From contig URNI01000001.1 of assembly GCA_900549135.1 (NCBI GenBank), positions 834 through 64,833 of the forward strand: a stretch of 64,000 nt of DNA. The letters are read 5' to 3'. Under the pieces are notes generated by a model. That model saw only the letters and a list, made by a program, of their open reading frames with translations. It was not told the origin of the DNA and searched no databases. The first letter of the stretch is position 1, and the number at the start of each line of letters is the position of its first letter. Below, piece after piece: positions 1 through 9,692 of this stretch. The stretch is from an uncultured Collinsella sp. (GTDB taxonomy: Bacteria > Actinomycetota > Coriobacteriia > Coriobacteriales > Coriobacteriaceae). The position numbers and the translations under genes were made by a program.

Positions 1-1
1 C

Positions 2-898
2 GAGCTCGAGCTTGCGCAGGCCAAGCGCGCGAGCGATGACCTGATTCGCTACAAGGATGAAGAGATTGAGCGCCTTAAGGACATGAAGGTCCGCCTGTCC
101 ACCAAGATGGTGGGCGAGTCGCTCGAGCAGCACTGCGAGACCGAGTTTAACCGTCTGCGCATGACGGCGTTTCCTAACGCGTACTTCGAGAAAGATAACG
201 ATGCGTCCGAGGGCACCAAGGGCGACTTTATCTTCCGCGAGTGCGACGCAAGCGGTAACGAGGTCATTTCGATTATGTTCGAGATGAAAAACGAGAACGA
301 TGAGACCGCGACCAAGCACAAGAACGAGGACTTCTTTAAGAAACTCGACCACGATCGCCGCCAAAAGGGCTGCGAGTACGCGGTGCTCTGCACGTTGCTC
401 GAACCCGAGAGCGAGCTTTACAACGCCGGCATCGTGGACGTGAGCTATCGCTACGAGAAGATGTACGTGATTCGCCCACAGTTCTTTATTCCCATGATCA
501 CGCTTCTTCGCAACGCCGCCATGGGTTCGCTGCGCTATAAGCAGGAACTGGCGGAGTACAAACAGCAGAATATCGACGTCACGAGCTTCGAAGCCAAGAT
601 GGAAAAGTTCAAGAATGATTTCGGTCGCAACTACGAGATCGCGAGCCGCAAGTTCCAAACGGCGATTGATGAGATCGACAAGACGATTAGCCATCTGCAG
701 AAAACCAAGGAGGCGTTGCTGTCCTCCGAGAACAATCTGCGCCTAGCCAACAAGAAGGCCGACGATCTTACCATTCGCAAGCTCACGTGGGGCAACAAGA
801 CCATGAAGGCCGCGTTTGACGAGGCGCGCGGGGCTGCGACGGAGACAAACGATGAGCCCGCCGAGGCGGATTCATATGAGGTCGAGGATGCCGAGTAA
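2..898 (+). CDS. DUF2130 domain-containing coiled-coil protein (5' truncated by window edge)
   Basis: Frame is open from nt 2 (ELELAQAKR...) through the 83..898 ORF. Motifs [33 protein letters not shown] and [23 protein letters not shown] are typical of DUF2130. Confidence 0.85.
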   Translation, partial: ELELAQAKRASDDLIRYKDEEIERLKDMKVRLSTKMVGESLEQHCETEFNRLRMTAFPNAYFEKDNDASEGTKGDFIFRECDASGNEVISIMFEMKNENDETATKHKNEDFFKKLDHDRRQKGCEYAVLCTLLEPESELYNAGIVDVSYRYEKMYVIRPQFFIPMITLLRNAAMGSLRYKQELAEYKQQNIDVTSFEAKMEKFKNDFGRNYEIASRKFQTAIDEIDKTISHLQKTKEALLSSENNLRLANKKADDLTIRKLTWGNKTMKAAFDEARGAATETNDEPAEADSYEVEDAE

Positions 899-977
899 GG
901 CATAGCGTATAGTGCAAAAGTGGGGCCGCTGGCGATGTTGCCAGCGGTCCCACTTCATTTCGTTCCAGTATGTACGG

Positions 978-3659
978 CTAGTCCTCGAGCAGGTCCTCGA
1001 TAAAGCCGACGCGGTAGTTTTTGAAGATGACCTCGCCACCGTCTTGCGTGGCGTCCAGATCGACATCGCCCATGATGCCAAAATCGTGGTCGCCGTCCTC
1101 GTCGGCAAAGATCTGGTGCACGTGCCATACGTGCGCGGTCTTCTCGTCGGACTCGTCGATGGAAAACATCGCGGCGCTGCGGGCATCTCCGTCGGTGAGG
1201 ATTTCCTCGTGCTGCTCGTGGTAAGCGTCGAGTGCTTTTTGCCAGCGGATCTCGCTCATGCCCCAGTTGTCGTCGAGCTCGCCCAGGTCGCGAACGTGCT
1301 CGCGGGCGGCAAGGGTCACGCGGCGGAAGAGCGCGTTGCGCACCAACAGCGTGCAGCCGCGACGGTCCGCCACGACCTCGTCGATGCCCTGCGGCGGCGC
1401 AGCATCGAGGGCTGCCGGGTTGCCGGCGTTCTCCCACTCGTCCACCAGGCTCGAGTCCACCGAGCGCACCACAAAGCCCAGCCACGAGATAATGTCGCGC
1501 AGACGCTCGTCGCGCTTCTCGATGGGTACGGTGCGGTCAAGTGAACGGTAAGCCTCTGCCAGGTAGCGCAGCAGAATGCCCTCGGAGCGGGCGATGCCGA
1601 GCTTTTGGATATAGCCCTTGAAGTCGCTCGCGCTCTCCAGCATGTCGCGCAGGACGCTCTTGGGCGAGAGCTGATAGTCGTTGGCCCAGGGTACTTCCTG
1701 GCAGTACTTGTCAAAGGCGGCGTCGAGTAGGTCCTCGAGCGGCTTTTCGTATGTGACGTCCTGAATGCGCTCCAGACGTTCCTCGTACTCTATGCCGTCG
1801 GCCTTCATCTCGGCCATAGCACGATCGCGCGCGGCGCGCTCCTGTGCGCGCAATACCTGCTTGGGATCCTCGAGCGTGGCCTCGACCATCGAGATCAGAT
1901 CCATGGTATAGGTCTCACTCTCGGGGTCGAGCAGCTCCAGCGCGGCAAGCAAAAACGGCGAGAGCGGCTGGTCGAGCGCAAAGTCCTCGGGCAGATCGAC
2001 CGTCAGTGCATAGTCGATGTCTGGCGCGGCGTCAGTCGGGGCGTCGGGCGCGGGCGGCACCTCGGTGCGAACGACGACGCCGGAATCGATGAGCGTGGCG
2101 AAGATTTCGTCGGCGCGAACCTCGAGCTTGGCCTTTTCCTCGGAGGTCTGCAGGCTTGTCTCGATGAGGTCGTGTATACGGGCTCGGGCATCGCCGCCCT
2201 GCTCGACCACGCTAATCACCATGGAGTGCGTGATACGCAGGCGCGGTTTGAGTGTCTCGGGCTGCGTCTCGATCAGACGCTCAAAGGTCTGCTTGTTCCA
2301 GGTGACAAAGCCCTCGGGGGCCTTTTTCTTTTTAATTTTACGGAGCTTCTTGGGGTCGTCGCCCGCCTTGGCCATGAGCTTGGCGTTCTCGATCTCGTGC
2401 TCCGGGGCCTCGGCAATCACCATGCCCTCGGTATCGAAGCCCGAGCGGCCGGCGCGACCGGCAATCTGATGGAACTCGCGGGCGCGCAGACGACGCATCT
2501 TGTAACCATCGAACTTGGTGAGCGCGGTGAGCACTACGGTGTGGATGGGTACGTTGATGCCGACGCCGAGTGTGTCGGTGCCGCAGATGACGGGCAGTAG
2601 GCCCTGCTGCGCCAGGCGCTCGACCAGGAGGCGATAGCGCGGCAACATGCCAGCATGGTGCACGCCGACGCCGCAGCCGAGCAAGCGCTTGAGGATCTTG
2701 CCGAAAGCCGTGGAGAAGCTCGTGCCTTTGGCGGCTTCCTTAATAGCCTCGCGCTGCTCCTTGGTGGCAATGCCAAAGTTGGCGAGCGACTGTGCCGTCG
2801 CAAGGGCGGCATCCTGGCTAAAGTGCACGATATAGAGCGGGGCCTCGTCACGGCGCATGGCGAGCTCGACCGTGCCCTCGAGGGAGGTCGTCACATAGTC
2901 GTAGCTCAGCGGAACAGGGCGCGGGGCGTCGACAACCAAGTCGCAAGTAGCGCCGGTGTGTTCCTCGAGTGAGGCGGCGATGGCGGTGACATCGCCGAGC
3001 GTGGCGCTCATGAGCATGAATTGCGTGTGGGGCAGGGTGAGCAGCGGCACCTGCCAGGCCCAACCGCGGTCGGGGTCGGCAAAGTAGTGGAACTCGTCCA
3101 TGGCCACGCAGCCCACGTCGGCATCTTCGCCCTCGCGCAGTGCGTCGTTGGCAAGGATTTCGGCCGTGCAGCAGATGACGGGTGCCTTGGTGTTGATATG
3201 CGTATCGCCGGTGATCATGCCGACGTTATCGCGGCCGAGCACCTGCACAAGGTCGAAAAACTTTTCGCTGACCAGAGCCTTGATGGGGGCCGTGTAATAA
3301 CAGCGCTTGCCTTGCGCCATGCCCATAAAGAGCATGCCTAGCGCGACAAGCGACTTGCCCGATCCGGTCGGTGTTCCCAAAATGACATGGTCACCGGCGG
3401 CTAGATCCATGAGGGCCTCTTCCTGGTGGTCCCACAGCTCAATACCGCGGTCGCTTGTCCATTCAAAGAAGCGTTCGAAGGCCTGATCGGGCGTGAGCCA
3501 TGGTTCGGGCTCGCTACCATCCTCGGGCTCCCACCAGGTGGGGGAGAGCGCGCCGAGCGAGCCGAATTCGGCTTCGGTTCTCGTGCCGCCCGAGAACGAG
3601 CTGGCGGCGCCGGCGCCAGAAACGGTGCTGGCGGCGGTATCTGTCGTGGTCTGTGCCAT
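978..3659 (-). CDS. SKI2-like DEAD/DEAH-box helicase with DUF3516 C-terminus
   Basis: Walker A TPTGSGKS, DEFH, MSAT, TDTLGVGINVP and QIAGRAGR. C-terminal VDSSLVDEWE is typical of the actinobacterial DUF3516 family. Start placed at MAQTTT (3659); the ORF track extends to 3818. Confidence 0.85.
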   Translation of the reverse strand: MAQTTTDTAASTVSGAGAASSFSGGTRTEAEFGSLGALSPTWWEPEDGSEPEPWLTPDQAFERFFEWTSDRGIELWDHQEEALMDLAAGDHVILGTPTGSGKSLVALGMLFMGMAQGKRCYYTAPIKALVSEKFFDLVQVLGRDNVGMITGDTHINTKAPVICCTAEILANDALREGEDADVGCVAMDEFHYFADPDRGWAWQVPLLTLPHTQFMLMSATLGDVTAIAASLEEHTGATCDLVVDAPRPVPLSYDYVTTSLEGTVELAMRRDEAPLYIVHFSQDAALATAQSLANFGIATKEQREAIKEAAKGTSFSTAFGKILKRLLGCGVGVHHAGMLPRYRLLVERLAQQGLLPVICGTDTLGVGINVPIHTVVLTALTKFDGYKMRRLRAREFHQIAGRAGRSGFDTEGMVIAEAPEHEIENAKLMAKAGDDPKKLRKIKKKKAPEGFVTWNKQTFERLIETQPETLKPRLRITHSMVISVVEQGGDARARIHDLIETSLQTSEEKAKLEVRADEIFATLIDSGVVVRTEVPPAPDAPTDAAPDIDYALTVDLPEDFALDQPLSPFLLAALELLDPESETYTMDLISMVEATLEDPKQVLRAQERAARDRAMAEMKADGIEYEERLERIQDVTYEKPLEDLLDAAFDKYCQEVPWANDYQLSPKSVLRDMLESASDFKGYIQKLGIARSEGILLRYLAEAYRSLDRTVPIEKRDERLRDIISWLGFVVRSVDSSLVDEWENAGNPAALDAAPPQGIDEVVADRRGCTLLVRNALFRRVTLAAREHVRDLGELDDNWGMSEIRWQKALDAYHEQHEEILTDGDARSAAMFSIDESDEKTAHVWHVHQIFADEDGDHDFGIMGDVDLDATQDGGEVIFKNYRVGFIEDLLED

Positions 3660-3781
3660 GTGGTTGCTTTCTCTCGCCGTTTGTCCGCCAACTATTATGG
3701 CGTAGCGGCGGCGCGGGGTGCCAGCGCGCGAGAAAATGCAGGAAATGGGCGTTCTGCCCGGCCGTTTGGTGCGGTTGCCAG

Positions 3782-3904
3782 CTAAGTGAGTAGACTTTTT
3801 GCGATGTCGCGAGCACATGGCTTTTGCACAAGGGCTCTACCTGCGGTTTTATTTTTCGCTATGCGGGTTGTGCTTGGCTATTGCAAAAAAGTCTACTCAC
3901 TTAG
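3782..3904. repeat. Intergenic ~123-bp inverted-repeat element (REP/MITE-like)
   Basis: CTAAGTGAGTAGACTTTTT (from 3782) pairs with AAAAAGTCTACTCACTTAG (ending 3904), with further imperfect pairing inward (AGCACA/TGTGCT). Confidence 0.8.
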
Positions 3905-3969
3905 GCTTGAGGGTCGTTCGCCGGCGCCTATTCGCGCTTGTTTGTCGACATCGCGACCATCAGAAGCCC

Positions 3970-4809
3970 CTAGGACTCTTGCGGCAGACGCTTCTTGCCC
4001 TTGCGGGCGCGGTTTTTAAAGTTCTCGACGGCCTCTTCCATGCCGAGGGGCACATAGGTAAGCTTATCGAGGTTATCGGGCAGGTAGCAGGCAAGGCTTT
4101 GCTCCTGCGCTCGGCCTGCTGCGAGTTGCTCTTCGGTAGGCTTCTCGCCGGGTGTGGCACAAATGCCGTAGACGACGGCACCCATCTCGCGCGTGCGGCA
4201 CTCGTACTCGGTCTCGGGATGCTCGGGATGGTCGCGGCGCACGTCATCGCTTACCCAAAGTGTGTCGTAGCCCGCCGCGGCAAACTGCCCCAGGGCGTAG
4301 TCGCGCAACGGCTTGCTGTCGGTGCGCAGCGTGACGGTAGCGCCGGCTGCAAAGAGCGGGCGGTACAGCATTAGGTGGTCGACATGGACGAGTCGCTTTT
4401 TGGCGTACTTGGCCTTGGGCTGCGGCGTGGGAAAGTTGATGGTGATGGCATCGAGCTCGCCTGTGGCAAATAGCTGCGGCAGCGATGCGGCGCCTCGAGG
4501 CAGAACGAGTGCGTTGGTCAGTTCATGCTCGCAGATTTTCTGTGCGGCATAGGCGATGCAGATGGGCTCTTGGTCCATACCGATAAAGAGGGTGTCGGGC
4601 TCGCGGCGAGCGCGCTCGACCAGATAGGTGCCTTTGCCGCAGCCCAGATCCAGATGAAGGCGGGTGAACGAGACGCTGCCAACTGGCGCGCAAGCCGCGC
4701 GCCAATCTCCGGCATAGGCCTCGGGGTTCGTCTCAATCGCATCGGCGTAACGCTCCAGGCGCTCCTCGAGCACAAAGTTCTTAGGCGTGCGAACGTGGAC
4801 GGCTCCCAT
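3970..4809 (-). CDS. trmB: tRNA (guanine-N7)-methyltransferase
   Basis: LDLGCGKG SAM motif, FIGMD, INFPTPQPKAKYAKKRL (cf. FPDPWPK..H.KRRL), LRTD and TEYE. Confidence 0.85.
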   Translation of the reverse strand: MGAVHVRTPKNFVLEERLERYADAIETNPEAYAGDWRAACAPVGSVSFTRLHLDLGCGKGTYLVERARREPDTLFIGMDQEPICIAYAAQKICEHELTNALVLPRGAASLPQLFATGELDAITINFPTPQPKAKYAKKRLVHVDHLMLYRPLFAAGATVTLRTDSKPLRDYALGQFAAAGYDTLWVSDDVRRDHPEHPETEYECRTREMGAVVYGICATPGEKPTEEQLAAGRAQEQSLACYLPDNLDKLTYVPLGMEEAVENFKNRARKGKKRLPQES

Positions 4810-4927
4810 GAGGCTCCTTGGTCATAAGTTTGGAACGCATAGCTGCACGTTCCGTCAATGGATTGAAAAAGGGCGGGCATAGCTTGCCCGAAAGATGCGG
4901 TGCAGCCCGGCGGCGAGTCGCCGATAC

Positions 4928-5800
4928 CTACAGGCGCTTGAGAATCACATAGCGGTTGAGCTCGCCGCTGCGACCGTCGGCATGGAAACGCTCAAGCTCG
5001 CGCACGGGGACCTCGCCACTCTTGTAGAACGTACGGACGCCGCGCACCAGGTCGGTGATCTGCTGATCGTCAAAGTGATGACAATAGCGGTAGGCGTGGC
5101 GGTCGTTTTGCCAGCCGATGAGGTGGTCGCCGGCTTCAAACTGCGCGGAATCGTAACCCTCAAACGGCGGGGTGAGCTCGGCGCGGGCCTCGGCGCGAAC
5201 AGCCTTGCGCGCCATGCGCTCGTCGTTCATAAACTCCCAAAAGCTGATGGCGATGATGCCGCCCGGGCGCGTCTGGCGCACCAGAGCGTCGAGCACGCGT
5301 ACACGGTACTCGCACGACGGCACATGGTGCATAAAGCCAAAGCAGACCGAGATGTCGGCGAGCGGGGCGTCGAAAAGCACGTCGGGCGTCTCGGCGGGGT
5401 TGAGCTTCATAAGGGCGTCGAGCACGTCGAGTTCCTGGAAGTGCAGGTTGGGAATGCGCAGCGCGTGGCCATGTGCATCGATGGCCAGGTCTTGGCACGA
5501 GTCGACACCATAGAACTCAAACGGGCAGCTGGCATCTGCCGAGGGGTTTGCGCCATCGACGCCCTTGGCGGCAAGTGCGCCGCCGGCGGCAAAGTTCTCG
5601 AATCGCATATTGCCACAGGCAAGATCGAAGACGCGGACGGGATGCTCGATCGTGGCGACGTCGAGCTGTTCGAGCGCGATATCCATGGTGCGTACCCAGC
5701 CGGGCCACGGGGCCTGGCGCGTATCGGAAAAGGAAGCGGAGTGCTCGCGATAGAACGTGTTGTTGAGCTGGATGAGCGATGAGGCGAAATCGCGGTTCAC
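4928..5800 (-). CDS. Class I SAM-dependent methyltransferase, Trm9/ALKBH8-like
   Basis: FSDTRQAPWP, DLACGNMR, FMHHVP..EYRVRVL, RPGG...ISFW, DHLIGW and YRYCHHF. GTG start preceded by GGAGGGAG RBS. Confidence 0.75.
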   Translation of the reverse strand: MNRDFASSLIQLNNTFYREHSASFSDTRQAPWPGWVRTMDIALEQLDVATIEHPVRVFDLACGNMRFENFAAGGALAAKGVDGANPSADASCPFEFYGVDSCQDLAIDAHGHALRIPNLHFQELDVLDALMKLNPAETPDVLFDAPLADISVCFGFMHHVPSCEYRVRVLDALVRQTRPGGIIAISFWEFMNDERMARKAVRAEARAELTPPFEGYDSAQFEAGDHLIGWQNDRHAYRYCHHFDDQQITDLVRGVRTFYKSGEVPVRELERFHADGRSGELNRYVILKRL

Positions 5801-6068
5801 GGCGCGGAACTCCCTCCGTTAGCGGTGCGAAATAAACAGTACGACCATACTACCGTTAACGCCGCAACGGGGACAACCGAGCTGCGGCTCATTGCTTTGT
5901 TTGGACACATTTCCGCAGCTCATATGTGCCCGCAACCGCCAGTTGTCAAAAATCTCACTAGAATAGGTGGCATGCTTTTGGCGGTGGCGGATAGATTTTT
6001 AACTGTGCAAGGCGCCTTAAGAACAAAAAACGGTCCGGCGGCACGGCTGGCATCACATAGGAGGAACC

Positions 6069-6791
6069 ATGAATGTAGAAACTGCGCAGCGGCTCGCCGA
6101 CCTTCGCCGCAGCAAGGGCTTTAGCCAAGAAGGGCTGGCGCGAAAGCTGGGGCTGTCGCGCCAGGCGGTTAGTAAATGGGAGCGTGCGGAGAGCTCGCCC
6201 GATACCGAGAACCTGATCTCGCTCGCCAAGCTTTATGGTGTGAGTCTGGACGAGCTGCTCAATCCGAGCGATGAGATCGAGGACGATATCGAGTTTGAGA
6301 ACGAGGACCGCGCTCGTCAGCGCGAGGCCGAGGCAGCAGAGCGTGCTCGCACCCATGAGGCGGCGGCGCGCGCTACTGAGGCGGCAACACAGGCGAGCGA
6401 TGCTGCGGCCAAGGCGGCGCAAGCGGCAAGCTGGAGTGCGCAGGCCGCCAATGCCGCTACGGCGCAGGCGACGAGTGGCGGCGCAGTTGGTTCGACTCCG
6501 GTGAAGGGCCCGTTCCAGTCGTTCCCGTATTGGGCCGTGTGCTGGCTGCTGTTCTTTTTACTGATGTTCCTGGTTGGTGCCAGCCCCTTTCCCGCACTGA
6601 TCTTCTTTACGATTCCCATCTATCACTGGGTGGCGCGTGCGCTCGATGGTGATTGGGCACGCGGGGATATTCAGGTTGGTCCGGCGTCGGTGGCGATCAA
6701 GGCCCAGGGGAAGGATGCTTCTGCGGAACCCGATGCTGACGTGGCTACCACGATCACCGCTGAGCCATGTGCCAAAGAGGGTGACGAATGA
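6069..6791 (+). CDS. XRE-family HTH regulator with Ala-rich coiled coil and C-terminal transmembrane segments
   Basis: LRRSKGFSQEGLARKLGLSRQAVSKWERAESSPD HTH_3 motif; hydrophobic C-terminus; AGGAGG RBS. Confidence 0.85.
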   Translation: MNVETAQRLADLRRSKGFSQEGLARKLGLSRQAVSKWERAESSPDTENLISLAKLYGVSLDELLNPSDEIEDDIEFENEDRARQREAEAAERARTHEAAARATEAATQASDAAAKAAQAASWSAQAANAATAQATSGGAVGSTPVKGPFQSFPYWAVCWLLFFLLMFLVGASPFPALIFFTIPIYHWVARALDGDWARGDIQVGPASVAIKAQGKDASAEPDADVATTITAEPCAKEGDE

Positions 6792-7687
6792 TGAAGCTTT
6801 CGCATGAATCCAAGGTACGCCTGGGTGTTGGCATCGGAGCGTTTGTGCTCATTGTTGGGCTTGTCTTTGGCGTTTCGCGGACATTGATTCATTTTGATGG
6901 CCCGTGGGATCTCGACGATGTTGTATCCGGCCTGTCTGGTATGGACGATGTGGTGGGCGAGGGCAATCTTTTGGATGACGGTAACTATTCCGCTCAGCCT
7001 CAGCAGCTTTCGAGCGAAACCTTTGATGCCGACGCGTTCACATCGCTTGACTTGGACGTGACGTCGGGCACGGTCGAGGTCAAACACGTCTCCGGCGGGC
7101 CAGTGCGCGTAATTGAAAGCGGTCGCGTGGCAACGGGGACCGTTGCCTTCGATGCGGCAACCCAGAACCTGGCCGAAATCAAGGGCTCTACGCTCAAGAT
7201 TCGCCAGTTCGATTGCGATGACGAGCGCGCCATTGACCGCACGGTTACCGTCGAACTGCCGCGCGAAGTTGCCGATAACATGGTGGGCATTACAGCGAAT
7301 GTGGGATCGGGTGACCTGACGGTCGCGGGCATTGCGTGTCATGACCTCAACCTGACTTTGGACTCTGGAGACGTTGAGTTTACGGGCACCGTGACCGATA
7401 CCCTGAATGCCGAGGTCGGTTCGGGCGATGTGACGTTCGAGCTCTACCAGGCCCCCGCGAAGTCGATGGACGTGAGTGTGGGCTCGGGCGATGTGGAGAT
7501 GACGGTTCCGAACTCGACGGGCTTTAAGGCGAGCCTCGCCTTGGGCAGCGGCGACTTCGAGAGCGATTTCCTTCCGCTTGGCTACGACGGCGAGACCATT
7601 TTGAATCTTGAATTCGATAACGGCGATAAGTCTGCTGCGTATCGTTTTGAGGTCGGTTCGGGCGACATGTCGTTTGATCCGGAGTGA
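6788..7687 (+). CDS. DUF4097-family beta-strand-repeat membrane-anchored protein
   Basis: N-terminal TM helix and repeated (V/L)GSGD(V/L) units. ATGA overlap with the upstream regulator. Confidence 0.75.
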   Translation: MMKLSHESKVRLGVGIGAFVLIVGLVFGVSRTLIHFDGPWDLDDVVSGLSGMDDVVGEGNLLDDGNYSAQPQQLSSETFDADAFTSLDLDVTSGTVEVKHVSGGPVRVIESGRVATGTVAFDAATQNLAEIKGSTLKIRQFDCDDERAIDRTVTVELPREVADNMVGITANVGSGDLTVAGIACHDLNLTLDSGDVEFTGTVTDTLNAEVGSGDVTFELYQAPAKSMDVSVGSGDVEMTVPNSTGFKASLALGSGDFESDFLPLGYDGETILNLEFDNGDKSAAYRFEVGSGDMSFDPE

Positions 7688-7784
7688 CATGCGGTTTTCG
7701 GAGATCGGTACATATAGGCATGCTCTTTGATGGAGGCGCCGGAGCCGTGACGGGCTTCGGCGCCTTTGCCTTTACAATGGGGAC

Positions 7785-9692
7785 ATGGAACAGATTATCT
7801 TGAACATACTCGAGGCTCTGCGTCGCGGCGAGACCGTGGACGACAAAGCGCTCGTCAAATTGATACATGCCGAGGCGCGCCGTGAGGGCGCCGACAAACG
7901 CGATTTGGCCAAGCGCCGTCTGCTGCCGTTCTACCAGCGGGTTAAACGTGAGGAGCCGGCTCGGTGGGCTGCGTGGAATGTCGATTCCGATCTGGAACGT
8001 CAACTGCTGCAGGTGCTGCGTATGAAGCCGCGCCGAACGGCCTCGGGCGTGGCGACCATTACCGTCATCACCAAGCCGTGGCCGTGCTCGGGCGATTGTC
8101 TGTTTTGTCCCAACGACCTGCGCATGCCCAAGAGCTATCTGCACGCCGAGCCGGCGTGCGCCCGCGCAGAGCAAAACTGCTTCGATCCGTATTTGCAGGT
8201 GAGCGCTCGTCTGACCGCGCTTTCGCAGATGGGGCATGCGACCGATAAGATCGAGCTCATTGTGCTCGGCGGTACCTGGAGCGACTATCCGCAAGGGTAT
8301 CAGACGTGGTTTATGTCGGAGCTTTTCCGTGCGCTGAACGATGACGCCGTTGCTGGCGTGGCGGCCAACCCCATGTTGGCGCGTCCGGGCATCAGTCGTG
8401 CCGAGGCGGGGCGCCTGCTCGATGACGCTCCCGCCGATGCTCTGCCGCCGGTGGTAGCAGGGCGCCGCGAGCGCTATCGGGCTGCCGGCATTGCGACAGA
8501 CGAGGCCGAGCTCGCTGCCGGCGTTGCCGACGAGCAGGGGCGTGTGGATGCTGCCGTGGGCGGCTATAACCGTGCGGTGCGTCGTCTGTACGGCTCCGGT
8601 ACGCCGTGGGGCGAGGTTGCCGAGTGGCAGACGGCAACGATGGAGGAGCTTGAGCGTCAACAGCGCATCAACGAGACGGCGAAGCATCGCGTGGTGGGGC
8701 TCGTTATCGAGACGCGCCCCGATGCCGTAACGCCGCAGGCCCTTACGCTCATCCGCCGCCTGGGCTGCACCAAGATCCAGATGGGTATTCAGAGTCTCGA
8801 CCAACATTTGCTCGATATCAACGAGCGTCGCATTTCGGTGGCTCAGATCGAGCGGGCGTTTTCGCTTGCGCGCCTGTTTGGCTTTAAGATCCACGCGCAC
8901 TTTATGCTCAACTTGTTGGGTGCCACGCCCGAAGGGGACAAGCGCGACTACGAACGCTTTATGACCGAAGGGGCCTTTATGCCCGACGAGGTCAAGGTTT
9001 ACCCGTGTGCGCTCATCGAGGGCTCGCGTCTGGTGGGCTGCTATGAGCGTGGCGAGTGGCGCCCCTATACCGAGGAAGAGCTGCTCGATGTGTTGGCCGA
9101 TGACATCGTGGTGACGCCGGCGTTCTGCCGCATCAGTCGCATGATTCGCGACTTTAGCTCCGACGACATTATGGTGGGCAACAAGAAGCCTAATCTGCGT
9201 CAGCTCGTTGAGAACCGCCTAGCTGCTCGGGGTGACGGTGCGACGGTGCGCGAGATTCGCTATCGCGAGATCAGTATCGCGGGTGCCGACTTGGATGAGC
9301 TTTCTCTTGATGAGGAAGTGGCGTACGAGACGCCGGTGACTTACGAGCGCTTTTTGCAGTGGGTGACGCCGCGGGGCAAGATCGCGGGCTTTTTGCGGTT
9401 GTCGCTGCCCGACCATTCGTTTGTTGCCGCGCATGCGGACGAGTTGCCGACGGCACCGGACGAGGCGATGATTCGCGAGGTACACGTGTATGGCATGGCG
9501 GCACGCGTGGGCGACCAGGGCCAGGCGGCGCAGCATCACGGGTTGGGGCGTTTGCTCGTAGAGCGTGCGTGCGAGATTGCCCGGGATGCGGGTTATGCGC
9601 GTATCAACGTGATTAGCGCGATTGGCACACGCGAGTACTATCGCCATCTTGGATTTTATGACCATGGCCTTTATCTGCAAAAGGAGCTCTAG
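7785..9692 (+). CDS. elp3: Elongator complex protein 3 family radical SAM/KAT enzyme (tRNA U34 carboxymethyltransferase)
   Basis: KPRRTASGVA, CSGDCLFCP (CxxxCxxC), MPKSY, LGGTW, IETRPD, QMGIQS; KAT-domain IREVHVYG, QHHGLG and VISAIGTREYYRHLGF. Confidence 0.9.
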   Translation: MEQIILNILEALRRGETVDDKALVKLIHAEARREGADKRDLAKRRLLPFYQRVKREEPARWAAWNVDSDLERQLLQVLRMKPRRTASGVATITVITKPWPCSGDCLFCPNDLRMPKSYLHAEPACARAEQNCFDPYLQVSARLTALSQMGHATDKIELIVLGGTWSDYPQGYQTWFMSELFRALNDDAVAGVAANPMLARPGISRAEAGRLLDDAPADALPPVVAGRRERYRAAGIATDEAELAAGVADEQGRVDAAVGGYNRAVRRLYGSGTPWGEVAEWQTATMEELERQQRINETAKHRVVGLVIETRPDAVTPQALTLIRRLGCTKIQMGIQSLDQHLLDINERRISVAQIERAFSLARLFGFKIHAHFMLNLLGATPEGDKRDYERFMTEGAFMPDEVKVYPCALIEGSRLVGCYERGEWRPYTEEELLDVLADDIVVTPAFCRISRMIRDFSSDDIMVGNKKPNLRQLVENRLAARGDGATVREIRYREISIAGADLDELSLDEEVAYETPVTYERFLQWVTPRGKIAGFLRLSLPDHSFVAAHADELPTAPDEAMIREVHVYGMAARVGDQGQAAQHHGLGRLLVERACEIARDAGYARINVISAIGTREYYRHLGFYDHGLYLQKEL

